From assembly GCA_039799905.1 (NCBI GenBank), contig JBDLRP010000030.1, positions 1 through 64,000 of the forward strand: a DNA stretch of 64,000 bases. The letters are read 5' to 3'. The notes below the pieces were generated by a model. The model ran no database searches, was not told where the DNA came from, and saw only the letters and a list, made by a program, of their open reading frames with translations. Shown piece after piece: positions 1 through 9,162 of the stretch (positions are counted from its first letter, which is position 1; every line of letters begins with the position of its first letter). The DNA comes from Pseudomonadota bacterium. GTDB lineage: Bacteria > Bdellovibrionota_B > Oligoflexia > Silvanigrellales > Silvanigrellaceae. The position numbers and the translations under genes were made by a program.

Positions 1-21
1 CGAACCCCGACCCCTGCGCTA
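1..21 (+). tRNA. possible 3' end of a tRNA truncated by the window edge
   Basis: CGAAC-CCCGA-CCCCTGC-G fits T-loop remainder, 3' T-stem strand, 7-nt acceptor strand and discriminator; lies just upstream of a complete tRNA; no CCA and the 5' half is not visible. Confidence 0.25.
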
Positions 22-36
22 ATCACCGACTCCACT

Positions 37-121
37 GCGGATGTGGTGAAATTGGTAGACACGCACGTTTGAGGGGCGTGTGCCGCGAGGCATGACGGTT
101 CGAGTCCGTCCATCCGCACCA
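37..121 (+). tRNA. tRNA-Leu (anticodon GAG)
   Basis: GCGGATG/CATCCGC acceptor stem, D-loop AATTGGTAGAC, anticodon arm CACGT-TTGAGGG-GCGTG, long variable arm, GGTTCGAGTCC, ends ACCA. Confidence 0.95.
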
Positions 122-145
122 ATGCCCCCCCTCTTTAAGGGCAAG

Positions 146-175
146 AAACGACTCCTATCGGGGTCGTTTTTTTTT
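146..175 (+). terminator. Rho-independent terminator after tRNA-Leu
   Basis: AAACGACTCC-TATC-GGGGTCGTTT hairpin running into a T tract. Confidence 0.75.
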
Positions 176-232
176 GCGTTTTGGAATATGCTTCACACAT
201 GAAGTTATTGTGTCCCTTTGAGGTTTACGTGA

Positions 233-1807
233 ATGACCGCCCTTGAAATTATTTTAATGCTGGCCGTCGGACTGCTGGTGGCTGCGGGCGCATTCGTTGC
301 TGTTTATGCAGTTAACATGCGTGCCAAGTCGAAAGAGCTGGAAATCCAGCGTGCCGATGCCGAACGACGGCTCAATCAAGCCCGTCAGGAATCTGATCAA
401 ATTGTGAAGAATGCTCTGCGCGAGGCAAAAGACCTCGCCGTCCGCGAAGGACGCGACCACGACCGCAGCCAAAAGGAAAAAACCCTTGAGCTGCAGAAGG
501 TCGAAAAGCGCATTCAAAAACGCGAGGAAACTCTCGACAAGCGCGAGCAGCAGCTCGAACAAAAAGAGAAGGACCTCAAAAAACTTGCTGAACACGTAGA
601 GCGTGAAGAACGCCGCGCTGCGGACGCAATCAAAGGCGCCGAGCGCACGCTGCGTGAAAGTCAGGAGAAGCTCGAAAGTGTTGCTCGCTTGTCGTTGGAT
701 GAAGCACGCGACATGCTCAAGCAGTCGATTGAAAGTGAAGTACGTCGCGATACAGCCGAAGAGATCCGCCGCCTTGAGGAAGAAGCTCGCCGCACCGCGG
801 AAGACAAAGCCCGCTCGGTTGTTGCTACATCCATTCAGCGCATGGCTAACGAGTTTGTCACCGATGCCTGCGTGAGTGTTATCAGCCTTCCTTCGGACGA
901 TATGAAAGGCCGCATCATTGGACGCGAAGGACGCAATATCCGCGCCATCGAACAAGCCACCGGCGTGGACATCATCATCGACGACACGCCTGAAGCAATT
1001 CTCATTTCCTGCTTCAACCCGATGCGCCGCGAGATTGCCAAGGTTGCAATCGAGCGACTGCTCGCAGACGGACGAATTCATCCCGCGCGCATCGACGAGA
1101 TTGTCAGCAAAGTGTCCAAAGAATTTGACGAGATGGTGCGTGAAGCCGGCGAACGCGCGGCCTTCGACTGTGGTGTTCAAGGACTTCATCCTGAGGTCAT
1201 CACGGCGCTGGGCAAGCTGAAGTTCCGCACTTCAGGCGCACAGTCTGTGCTGCAGCATTGTGTCGAAGTTTCGCAGCTGTCGGGAATTCTGGCTGGTGAG
1301 CTCGATCTCAATGTGCGCATCGCCAAGCGCGCCGGACTCCTTCACGATATCGGCAAGGCACTTGATGAAGAAAATGAGGGCCACCATTCCGGAGTGGGTG
1401 CACAATTCCTGCAGAAATGCGGTGAATCGGCGGAAGTAATTGAGGCTGCCGCCAAGCACCATGCAGAGCAGAATCAAGGCGTGGGTCCGATTGCCGTGGT
1501 TGTTCAGATTGCCAACTCGATGAGTACCTACCGTCCCGGTGCGCGCCGCGACTACCTCGAGAAATCGATGGGCCGCATGCGTGAAATGGAGACCGTCGTT
1601 GCAGATATGTCTGGCGTTGAACAAGCCTATGTGATTAGGTCCGGCCGTGAGGTCCGCGCCATGGTTTCGCCGACTGTAACCGACGACAGCGCTGTAAGCG
1701 CACTGGCACGCTCGGTTGCCAAGAAGATCCGCAGCGACCTCAACTACCCCGGCCAAGTCCGTGTCACGATGGTGCGTGAACAGCGAGTGACCCACTTGGC
1801 CAAATAA
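233..1807 (+). CDS. rny: ribonuclease Y
   Basis: N-terminal TM helix, coiled coil, KH motif KGRIIGREGRNIR, HD domain (RAGLLHDIGK), C-terminal GREVR. Confidence 0.95.
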   Translation: MTALEIILMLAVGLLVAAGAFVAVYAVNMRAKSKELEIQRADAERRLNQARQESDQIVKNALREAKDLAVREGRDHDRSQKEKTLELQKVEKRIQKREETLDKREQQLEQKEKDLKKLAEHVEREERRAADAIKGAERTLRESQEKLESVARLSLDEARDMLKQSIESEVRRDTAEEIRRLEEEARRTAEDKARSVVATSIQRMANEFVTDACVSVISLPSDDMKGRIIGREGRNIRAIEQATGVDIIIDDTPEAILISCFNPMRREIAKVAIERLLADGRIHPARIDEIVSKVSKEFDEMVREAGERAAFDCGVQGLHPEVITALGKLKFRTSGAQSVLQHCVEVSQLSGILAGELDLNVRIAKRAGLLHDIGKALDEENEGHHSGVGAQFLQKCGESAEVIEAAAKHHAEQNQGVGPIAVVVQIANSMSTYRPGARRDYLEKSMGRMREMETVVADMSGVEQAYVIRSGREVRAMVSPTVTDDSAVSALARSVAKKIRSDLNYPGQVRVTMVREQRVTHLAK

Positions 1808-1834
1808 GGCCTGCGTAAAGGTGGATTCAAAGTC

Positions 1835-2782
1835 ATGAGCGGTGTTCAGTATTTTAAAGGGAATGATGCGTTTTTTGAGGCTCTGCCGCAGGCACTCATT
1901 CCCGCCTCGCACGCCGGCGGCGTCGTGCGCATCCTGATGATGGGCGACGTTATCGGCCGCCCCGGCCGAAAGATCCTCAAAAGCGTACTTCCGCAACTGC
2001 GCCATCGTGCACAACTGAACATGGTGACCGTCAATGGTGAAAACCTTGCGGGCGGCTTTGGCATTACGCAAAAAATCTTCAACGAGCTCACAGCTCCGGC
2101 AGTCGGGGTCGATGTCATCACCATGGGCAACCATTGGTGCGACAAACCCGAGGTGCACGCCATCCGCAAATCGGGCAACCGCATGGTGCTCCCGCAAAAT
2201 CTGAAAAACCTCGAGGGAATTACCGCAATTCCAGAGTTTGAAATTCCCCATTCACACCGGCGCTTGATGGTTGTGAACCTGATGGGACTCTTTGCCATGA
2301 AGCACGAGTACAATGATCCATTTGAATTCCTTGAAAGCGTGCGCCCGACCCTCGAAGCGAAGGTTCGCGGCGGCCAGGGGATCGTGATTATTGACGTACA
2401 CGCAGAGGCGAGTAGCGAAAAACAGGCGATTGCTTGGTTTATGGATGGCGTGGCGGCAGGAATGATTGGCACCCACACGCACACTCCCACCAGCGACGAG
2501 CGCCTCACCCGTAAGGGCACAGCCTTCATTACGGACGTAGGAATGACTGGCCCCTATGAATCAGTGATCGGCATGTCGCTGGCTGGTTCCATGTGCCGTT
2601 ACTTTGCGCCCAAGCAGAAAAAACCACAGGAAGTGTCTGAGAATGATTTGTGGCTGTGCGGATTTTTGCTTGAAGTTTCGGAACAAAGCGGACTGACACT
2701 TGCAGCCCACCGTCTGCAATATCGGGAGGACACCGAAGAATGGACTCTTCGCACCGTCACGCCACCAGTAGCCAAAACCTGA
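1835..2782 (+). CDS. ymdB: YmdB-family metallophosphoesterase
   Basis: GDVIGRPGR, NGEN.AGG.GI, T.GNH, DVHAEASSEK, GTHTH, TDVGMTGP; usual neighbour of rny. Confidence 0.92.
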   Translation: MSGVQYFKGNDAFFEALPQALIPASHAGGVVRILMMGDVIGRPGRKILKSVLPQLRHRAQLNMVTVNGENLAGGFGITQKIFNELTAPAVGVDVITMGNHWCDKPEVHAIRKSGNRMVLPQNLKNLEGITAIPEFEIPHSHRRLMVVNLMGLFAMKHEYNDPFEFLESVRPTLEAKVRGGQGIVIIDVHAEASSEKQAIAWFMDGVAAGMIGTHTHTPTSDERLTRKGTAFITDVGMTGPYESVIGMSLAGSMCRYFAPKQKKPQEVSENDLWLCGFLLEVSEQSGLTLAAHRLQYREDTEEWTLRTVTPPVAKT

Positions 2783-3744
2783 TCGTTAATTTCAAATCCG
2801 ACTGTCCGCTCTGCAAGCTCGCTGCCCAGCCCCAGGTGCAGGGCGACTTTGTGTGTGAGCTTAAGAACGTAATAGTCACGCGCGGCCCATTTGCGCAGCG
2901 ATGGCAGGGGGCGCTGCAGGTGACCGCCAAACGCCACGTCAAAGACCCCTCGCAATTAAAGTATCCACACTTTATCCACACGCAGGCAGAGCTCTATCAA
3001 CTGGAAAGTGCCGTGCGTCGGGTCACCCGTGCAAAACATCTGAATGTCGTGAAATTCGGCAACGTGGTCGAGCACTTACATTGGCACTTGATCCCACGTT
3101 TCGCTAACGAAACACACTCGCAAAAGACCCCTTGGGAGTTGGCGGGGGTTCCCGATACGGAACTTTTCCACACGCAATACACAGGCTCGCGGGATGAACT
3201 TTACGCCGACATCGTTGCCGAACTGGGCAACGTGCAGCGGAATCTTCAACCGGCCTGCTTTTCAACTGCCTTCTTCATCCGCCCGCGGGCCAGCTCGGCT
3301 CAGGCAGACTTTTTGCAAAAGCCACTCACCCTCCAACACCAGATGATCCGCGAAAATCCGGCTGCATATGAATGTTTTTTGATGCAGCGAAACTACCTCG
3401 ATTTTGCTTGGGACAGCTTTGGCGGCGAAGCCGATGCAGGCGAAACGCCGCGGCAGGCTCTGTTGCGTGAGCTCAATGAAGAGCTTGGCTGGAGCGCGGA
3501 AGCTGTTTTGGAGGTCACCCGCCAATGGCAAAACGGGATTCTGCGCGGCTTTTGTTATCTCGTCACACCCTCGCAGGGGCAGTTGTTACAAGCCGATCCG
3601 GAGCGGCAAAGTTGTGATGAGGTCAAACAGGCCGCATGGATTCCGCTCGATGATTTGCTCAACAATCGTCAATGTACCTATGCGGAACCGCTGTGTGGCC
3701 GCGCGCGCGCGATTGTGGCCGGTGAGCCAGACTTTTACTTATGA
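2740..3744 (+). CDS. HIT-family domain fused to NUDIX hydrolase domain (start uncertain)
   Basis: CPLC and GNVVEHLHWHLIPR (HIT triad); GGEADAGETPRQALLRELNEELG (Nudix box). Confidence 0.85.
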   Translation: MDSSHRHATSSQNLIVNFKSDCPLCKLAAQPQVQGDFVCELKNVIVTRGPFAQRWQGALQVTAKRHVKDPSQLKYPHFIHTQAELYQLESAVRRVTRAKHLNVVKFGNVVEHLHWHLIPRFANETHSQKTPWELAGVPDTELFHTQYTGSRDELYADIVAELGNVQRNLQPACFSTAFFIRPRASSAQADFLQKPLTLQHQMIRENPAAYECFLMQRNYLDFAWDSFGGEADAGETPRQALLRELNEELGWSAEAVLEVTRQWQNGILRGFCYLVTPSQGQLLQADPERQSCDEVKQAAWIPLDDLLNNRQCTYAEPLCGRARAIVAGEPDFYL

Positions 3745-3781
3745 AATTTTCGGATGTTAAGAATTAATAAACGATCTTGAC

Positions 3782-3810
3782 TTGACGGCCAGTAAGGCCC
3801 GCTATAAAAG
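3782..3810 (+). promoter_or_regulatory. candidate sigma70-type promoter in a convergent intergenic gap
   Basis: TTGACG at 3782, TATAAAAG at 3803-3810, AT-rich tract upstream (3745-3772). Confidence 0.35.
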
Positions 3811-3827
3811 TTTGTCAAACGACCAAT

Positions 3828-3914
3828 AAAAGTGAATAGAGGGCTGGAGTTCACCCAGGGAATGGGGCGCCGCAGGCGGGATGAGAGGGACCTCTCTCCG
3901 GCCCTTCCACTTTT
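3828..3914 (+). ncRNA. candidate structured small RNA (or elaborate bidirectional terminator)
   Basis: AAAAGTG/CACTTTT and GGGCTGGAG/CTCCGGCCC closing stems enclosing three short hairpins. Confidence 0.35.
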
Positions 3915-4653
3915 AAAGCGTAAAGTTTTCGCCCAGATAGACTTCTTTGACGCGATCCATGCGCGCCACTTCCTGAGGGTCGCCCTCAGCGAGAATCTGA
4001 CCACCCGCCAGAATATAGGCACGATGACACACACCGAGAGTTTCACGGACATTGTGGTCGGTGATGAGAACCCCAAGGTTCTCTTCGCGCACAAGGCGGG
4101 CAATGAGTTTTTGAATTTCGTCGACCGTCACGGGGTCGATGCCGGCAAATGGCTCGTCAAGTAGCAAAAAACGCGGCGACATAACGAGCGTACGGGCAAT
4201 CTCGAGCCTCCGGCGCTCGCCGCCTGAGAGGGATATGCCCAGCGATTTGCGGATGTGGCCTATGCCGAATTGTTCGATCAGCCGCTCGAGCAGAGCCTTG
4301 CGCTCCTGACGGGGAATTCCCCACACTTCCATGACGGCGGTGATGTTGTCTTCAACGCTGAGCTTGCGAAACACGCTGGCATTTTGCGGCAGGTAGCCGA
4401 TCCCCATGCGCGCTCGCTTGTGAATGGGCAACTCGGTGATGTCAACGCCGTCGATCTCAACACGCCCCGAGGTTGGAGCCAGCAGGCCAACAGTCATATA
4501 GAAACTGGTTGTCTTGCCAGCGCCATTGGGGCCAAGCAAACCGACGATTTCGCCGCGCTTAACATAAAAACTCGCGTCCTGAACGACCACACGTCCGTCG
4601 AATTTGCGCATGAGATGTTTTGACGTAAGGCGTCCGCCGGCGGAGTCGTTCAT
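3913..4653 (-). CDS. lptB: LPS export ABC transporter ATP-binding protein
   Basis: GPNGAGKTT, YLPQNASVFRKLSV, LSGGERRRLEIAR, LLDEPFAGIDP, TDHNVRETL, YLGENF. Confidence 0.96.
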   Translation of the reverse strand: MNDSAGGRLTSKHLMRKFDGRVVVQDASFYVKRGEIVGLLGPNGAGKTTSFYMTVGLLAPTSGRVEIDGVDITELPIHKRARMGIGYLPQNASVFRKLSVEDNITAVMEVWGIPRQERKALLERLIEQFGIGHIRKSLGISLSGGERRRLEIARTLVMSPRFLLLDEPFAGIDPVTVDEIQKLIARLVREENLGVLITDHNVRETLGVCHRAYILAGGQILAEGDPQEVARMDRVKEVYLGENFTL

Positions 4654-5525
4654 TTGCGTCCCGATTGAGAAGATTTCTTTGCAGGAACGTTTTGTACGCC
4701 AGACGCCGTTGAATTTCCAGCCGGCGCAGGCGACGGGGCCGAGGGTTCCATAACACCGCGCGCTCCGCGAACTTTGATTTCATTCGTATCGAGAAAGACC
4801 TCTATCACTTCGCCCTGCAGCAATTCACGGCCGCGCCAGATTTTCGGTTTACCTTTGAGAATCACTTTGCGCTTGGGAATAAAATATTCGAGCTCGTTGG
4901 CCACGGCCCGCAACTCTTGTGCGGTGGCAGTTGCAGCTTTTTTGAGGCTGACGCGGCCCTTGGCCAGAGCGCGCTGCGGGGTCGAGTTGTCTTTGCTCGA
5001 GAAAATCTCGGCAACATCGGATTTCATGATCGCATCCGCCTGCTCGATTTCAACATCACCCTTGAGAAGAATGCGGCCTTTGGTCAGCGACCCCTCCAAC
5101 GATTGAGCAGAGTAACTAACCGGAGCGCCGCTGTTGTGTTCCATATCGCCGTCATCCGACTGCGTTGCAGAGGCAGCCGATGATGAATTTTTACTCGCTG
5201 AGGAATTCTTACCCTGCGAAGACTTCGTTGTTCCGCCCGCAGGTGCGAGCGTCTCCTTGCCCGAGGCTGCTGCACCTGATCCGGACGAGGGCGGACGCGT
5301 GGAGTCTGGTGTGACCGCCGGAGCCGTCTGAGAATTGCCTGTGGCAGGCTTTTCCACTGAAGGCGGAGAGAGCGGCGTGTCCTCAAAATCAGCCTGTGCG
5401 CTCGGAAAGATGAGTCCCGCAGACACACTTACAGCAATCACTGCTGCTGCGTGTGGGAATAATCGGCAAAAAAATTTATTCGTGTGAATTTGTGCAGAAG
5501 TCTGCAGTGCAGTTTTCAACGTCAC
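4650..5525 (-). CDS. lptA: LptA/OstA-family periplasmic LPS transport protein
   Basis: Signal peptide, low-complexity linker, OstA-like strands (LKGDVEIEQ, ALAKGRV, VILKGKPKIWRG); ATGA overlap with lptB. Confidence 0.8.
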   Translation of the reverse strand: MTLKTALQTSAQIHTNKFFCRLFPHAAAVIAVSVSAGLIFPSAQADFEDTPLSPPSVEKPATGNSQTAPAVTPDSTRPPSSGSGAAASGKETLAPAGGTTKSSQGKNSSASKNSSSAASATQSDDGDMEHNSGAPVSYSAQSLEGSLTKGRILLKGDVEIEQADAIMKSDVAEIFSSKDNSTPQRALAKGRVSLKKAATATAQELRAVANELEYFIPKRKVILKGKPKIWRGRELLQGEVIEVFLDTNEIKVRGARGVMEPSAPSPAPAGNSTASGVQNVPAKKSSQSGRK

Positions 5526-6205
5526 CCTCCTCCTGTCGCATTCGTCCGCTTGCTGCCAGACTTGCGTTTTTGCGGGCGGGCAGCTTTTTCCTGCCGCGCC
5601 GGCGGAATTTCTGTTCCGCGCACGGGGCCGGCAAATTTGAAAGCGCGTGTGCGCAGCTCAACTTCGGCGCCCTGAGCCTCAATCTTACGACCAACGGCCG
5701 TAACGGTAACGGGCTCTTTTGTAACAAGTGTCATGTTTGGAACATCGAGATAAAACGAACGCCCGACAAGAAGATGGCCGCGACTGCTGATTTCTGCAGG
5801 GCCGGGGATTTCCACACGGTCAAACTTCGTTGAGCTGCTGAACAAATCAAACGCTATGTCGGTCGACCTTTGCACAGTGGCAATCAGCTTTTCACCAGCC
5901 ACGGATGAGAGTCTTTCTTCGGGCGGAACATTGCTGCTGACCGTACGCATGCGCACAGCTCCTTGTGCGGTAAAACGTCCGGTGGTCACCAGCCGGCCCT
6001 CCTGTGCACTGAGTTCTCCTGTGAGTTCGCCGTTTTTAAACTGCTGAACCTGCAGCGGAGAGACCGAAAAAATTTCAAACGGAAGTTTGTCTGTGTCGAC
6101 CTTCTGCGCGAATTCAGACATCGACATCTGCATGTAGGATTCCTGATAAATGAATCCCAACACCAGAAGGGCTACAAAGATGACGGAGTAAATGCGCGCG
6201 ACCAA
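5522..6205 (-). CDS. lptC: LptC-like LPS export protein
   Basis: Single N-terminal TM helix, beta-rich body, directly upstream of lptA with 4-nt overlap. Confidence 0.6.
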   Translation of the reverse strand: MVARIYSVIFVALLVLGFIYQESYMQMSMSEFAQKVDTDKLPFEIFSVSPLQVQQFKNGELTGELSAQEGRLVTTGRFTAQGAVRMRTVSSNVPPEERLSSVAGEKLIATVQRSTDIAFDLFSSSTKFDRVEIPGPAEISSRGHLLVGRSFYLDVPNMTLVTKEPVTVTAVGRKIEAQGAEVELRTRAFKFAGPVRGTEIPPARQEKAARPQKRKSGSKRTNATGGG

Positions 6206-6226
6206 AACCCGCCTCCTGCAAAACGC

Positions 6227-6862
6227 TTATTTGCACGCCTCTATGCTAGCGCGGGCGCGCAAAAGAGCAACAAAACCATCGATAAGAAGCCCACCTTGCT
6301 CGCTGGCGAAGCTCTCCGGATGGTATTGAACCCCAAGCCATGGCTTGAATTGATTCTCACAGGCAGCAACAAACCCACCGTTGTGCGCAAGAATATGCCA
6401 TCCGGACGGACTGGGGCGTAAGTGTTCTTCCCTCACAGCCCACGAATTATAAAACACCGCCTGCCCAGAAAACACGTTGTCCGAAAGCCAGCGCGACGAC
6501 TGGGTTGCCGAAAGCTTTTCACGCCGGCCATGCACGGGTGTGCTGCTCACCAAATCCAAATGCAGGCCTGCGTGCACGAGAATCATTTGCAAACCCAAGC
6601 AGACACCCAGCAGCGGACGCTCGGCGGGCCACAGGCCGAGCAGCGCCATTGAGGACGGATAAGCCTCGGGAGTCAGCGGTCCGGGAGAAAGTACAAGTGC
6701 ATTGTACTTGCCCAAAATTTCTGGGGAGAGTCCCGACTGAGTAAGGTGTGGATCGACAACCACCACGTCAACATCACAACTTCGCGCACGCAGCGCTGCA
6801 ACAAGATTCTCGGAAAAGGAATCACGGTGATCGACAAAGAGAAGACGTGGCGGGTGGCTCAT
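6227..6862 (-). CDS. glutamine amidotransferase, aminodeoxychorismate/anthranilate synthase component II
   Basis: VDHRDSFSENL, LSPGP, GVCLGLQ, GVQYHPES; start set at ATG 6862, which overlaps the upstream stop (ATGA). Confidence 0.88.
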   Translation of the reverse strand: MSHPPRLLFVDHRDSFSENLVAALRARSCDVDVVVVDPHLTQSGLSPEILGKYNALVLSPGPLTPEAYPSSMALLGLWPAERPLLGVCLGLQMILVHAGLHLDLVSSTPVHGRREKLSATQSSRWLSDNVFSGQAVFYNSWAVREEHLRPSPSGWHILAHNGGFVAACENQFKPWLGVQYHPESFASEQGGLLIDGFVALLRARASIEACK

Positions 6863-8319
6863 AAGCAACCTCTCGACGATTTCTCTGTCTGCATAAATTC
6901 GCCGGAATCTGTACCGGACGACGAATCGCACATCCGCTTCCAGCGCGCAGCAAAACTCTGCCATTTAAGATCAAGCTCACGCACTTCGGAAAGCGGATCG
7001 GAAAGCGTTGTGATGCCCGCTCCCAGTCCGGCAGTCCAGCGCTTGCCGTTGTTGAAAAATCCACGGATGAGAACAGTGGAGTCGAGTTCATCGGCTGCCG
7101 GCGCCCATGCAAAAACGCCTGTATAGTAGCCGCGCGGTGTGCTTTCGATGTTGCAAATTTCACGCGAGACAGCCCACTTGGGTGTTCCAGTCACCGAACC
7201 TGCAGGCAACAAGCTTGCGAGCAATTGCGAGTTGGACAGGCCAGCCTCGCGCAGGCGTCCGCCAATCACCGACTGCATTTGTAAAAGTGAATTGCCCGAG
7301 TGAATTTCGAACGGAGACGAAACAACCACGGAACCGGCCTGACACACTTTGTTGAGGTCGTTGCGCAATAAATCGGTGACTAGCGTTTGTTCGCTCATTT
7401 CCTTTTGGCTCGCCCACAATGCCCTCACTCCCGATTCATGCGAGGTGCCTTCGAAAGCAGCCGTGCCTTTGATGGGCTCTGTCTGGACGAGCGCACCACG
7501 CCGGAGAATGAAACGCTCAGGTGAAAAACAGCACAGCTGCGGAAGCTCTGCACCACAATCAACAAAAACACCATGACGCACCGGAGCAGAGAGCCATTCT
7601 TTGACGAATGCACTGAGGCCGATGCGCTGCCCGTCTGCGTGCGGACCAATCAGTCGGGTTGTTGCGTTGGCAAGATAGTAATCTCCCCGCCGCATGCCAT
7701 TTTGGAGATGATCAATCATGCCACGCAAGGCATCGGGAGAATCACTGGAAGTCCATTGCGAAGCATCTTTGCCCGTAGTCTTTTGCGATGAAATCTTTTC
7801 TTGAGTATTACCGGCTTGACTATCGTTTCCGAAAGAAACTCCGTTCTTTGGTTGCCGGGCGCACAACGAGACGACGTCTGCAAAACTTTTTAAATCTGCA
7901 AACGTATTACCGCCGCTTCGCACGCGCGGCTCGTGAGCGTCTGATTCAGCCGTCAGCTCTATGAAATCTGAAAAGTTCCACTGCAGACAGGGAACGTCCT
8001 GCGGATTGGCAACCGAGTCGGAGGCAAAAAACGGAATCAGATAAACCGAAGGCTGCAAATCTGCAGATTCACCTGCGGAGAAAAAATTCGCTGGTACCTT
8101 TTCATTGCGAACGAGCTGAGGGTTTGCCGCAAAAGAGCAGCGGATGCGCGAGGACGCCGGTGATGATTTAGGACGAAGAAAATGACCCGCAGCGGAATGA
8201 TCCCGCTCGACCGGATGGCGCACCAACGGACCGCGTTCGAACTGAAGATAACAAATCCAATGCTGCGTCTGCTTTTCGAGCAGCGAGGCCAAAACACCGA
8301 CTGTATCCAACCAAGTCAT
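6859..8319 (-). CDS. chorismate-binding enzyme, PabB/TrpE-like component I
   Basis: SPERF, PIKGT, DLLRNDL, PAGSVTGTPK, RGYYTG, GAGIT..SDP..E; PIKGT favours PabB; start set at ATG 8319 to avoid overlap with the divergent amn. Confidence 0.85.
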   Translation of the reverse strand: MTWLDTVGVLASLLEKQTQHWICYLQFERGPLVRHPVERDHSAAGHFLRPKSSPASSRIRCSFAANPQLVRNEKVPANFFSAGESADLQPSVYLIPFFASDSVANPQDVPCLQWNFSDFIELTAESDAHEPRVRSGGNTFADLKSFADVVSLCARQPKNGVSFGNDSQAGNTQEKISSQKTTGKDASQWTSSDSPDALRGMIDHLQNGMRRGDYYLANATTRLIGPHADGQRIGLSAFVKEWLSAPVRHGVFVDCGAELPQLCCFSPERFILRRGALVQTEPIKGTAAFEGTSHESGVRALWASQKEMSEQTLVTDLLRNDLNKVCQAGSVVVSSPFEIHSGNSLLQMQSVIGGRLREAGLSNSQLLASLLPAGSVTGTPKWAVSREICNIESTPRGYYTGVFAWAPAADELDSTVLIRGFFNNGKRWTAGLGAGITTLSDPLSEVRELDLKWQSFAARWKRMCDSSSGTDSGEFMQTEKSSRGCL

Positions 8320-8382
8320 CGCCCCGCTTCTCCCTGTCACGATCCTCGTGTACTCTTGAAATATCTCTCGCCGAGGACACTC

Positions 8383-9159
8383 ATGAAAACGAAACTCGAA
8401 ATTTGTCAGAACTGGCTTCCGCGCTACACCGGCACTAAAATCGAAGACTTTGCCGATTACATCCTTCTGACTAACTTCCAAGGCTACGTGAACCGCTTTG
8501 CCCAGCTGATGAACACTACTGTGCAAGGCATGGATCGTGCCATGCCCAACGCAACCTGCAAGAAAGCCAACGTCAGCATTATCAATTACGGCATGGGGAG
8601 CGCAAATGCTGCGAGTGTGATGGACCTGCTGAGCGCCCGCCAGCCCAAAGCCGTGCTGTTTCTTGGCAAATGCGGTGGTCTGAAGAGAAGCACCGAAATC
8701 GGCCATTTCGTTCTTCCCATCGCGGCCATTCGCGGCGAGGGAACTTCAAACGATTATTTTCCGCCTGAAGTGCCTGCATTGCCGAGCTTCAAACTGCATA
8801 AATTCGTGTCCCAGAAGATCGTCGAACGCGGCCTCGATTACCGTACAGGAGTTGTCTATACAACCAACCGGCGCGTGTGGGAGCACGACGATGCATTCCG
8901 CCAGCGTCTGCAGGACATGACTGCACTTGCCATCGACATGGAAACGGCAACTATCTTCATTGTCGGACACTACAACGACATTTCACGCGGAGCTCTGCTG
9001 CTGGTCTCGGACGTACCGACGACTCCCGAAGGAGTGAAAACGGAGGCGTCCGACAAAGTGGTGAATGCCAAGTGGGTAGACATTCACCTTGAACTCGGAA
9101 TTGAATCGCTGCGTGAACTCGAATCCAAAGGCGAAACAATCAAGCACTTCAGATACTGA
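8383..9159 (+). CDS. amn: AMP nucleosidase, short type (PNP/UDP phosphorylase family)
   Basis: NWLPRYTG, YILLTNF, GMGSANAA, FLGKCGGL, IRGEGTS, TTNRRVWE, DMETAT; RBS GAGGA before ATG 8383. Confidence 0.9.
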   Translation: MKTKLEICQNWLPRYTGTKIEDFADYILLTNFQGYVNRFAQLMNTTVQGMDRAMPNATCKKANVSIINYGMGSANAASVMDLLSARQPKAVLFLGKCGGLKRSTEIGHFVLPIAAIRGEGTSNDYFPPEVPALPSFKLHKFVSQKIVERGLDYRTGVVYTTNRRVWEHDDAFRQRLQDMTALAIDMETATIFIVGHYNDISRGALLLVSDVPTTPEGVKTEASDKVVNAKWVDIHLELGIESLRELESKGETIKHFRY

Positions 9160-9162
9160 TTT

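Noticed and set aside
121..232. 6S RNA, often found near rny
   Set aside because: The gap is short and is explained by the tRNA terminator; no long 6S-like hairpin is visible
254..2251. Long minus-strand ORFs 254..1189 and 1232..2251
   Set aside because: Antisense shadows of rny and ymdB with no recognisable motifs
8182..8706. Apparent 500-nt head-to-head overlap of the PabB-like gene and amn
   Set aside because: Artefact of longest-ORF starts; plausible starts at 8319 (-) and 8383 (+) remove it
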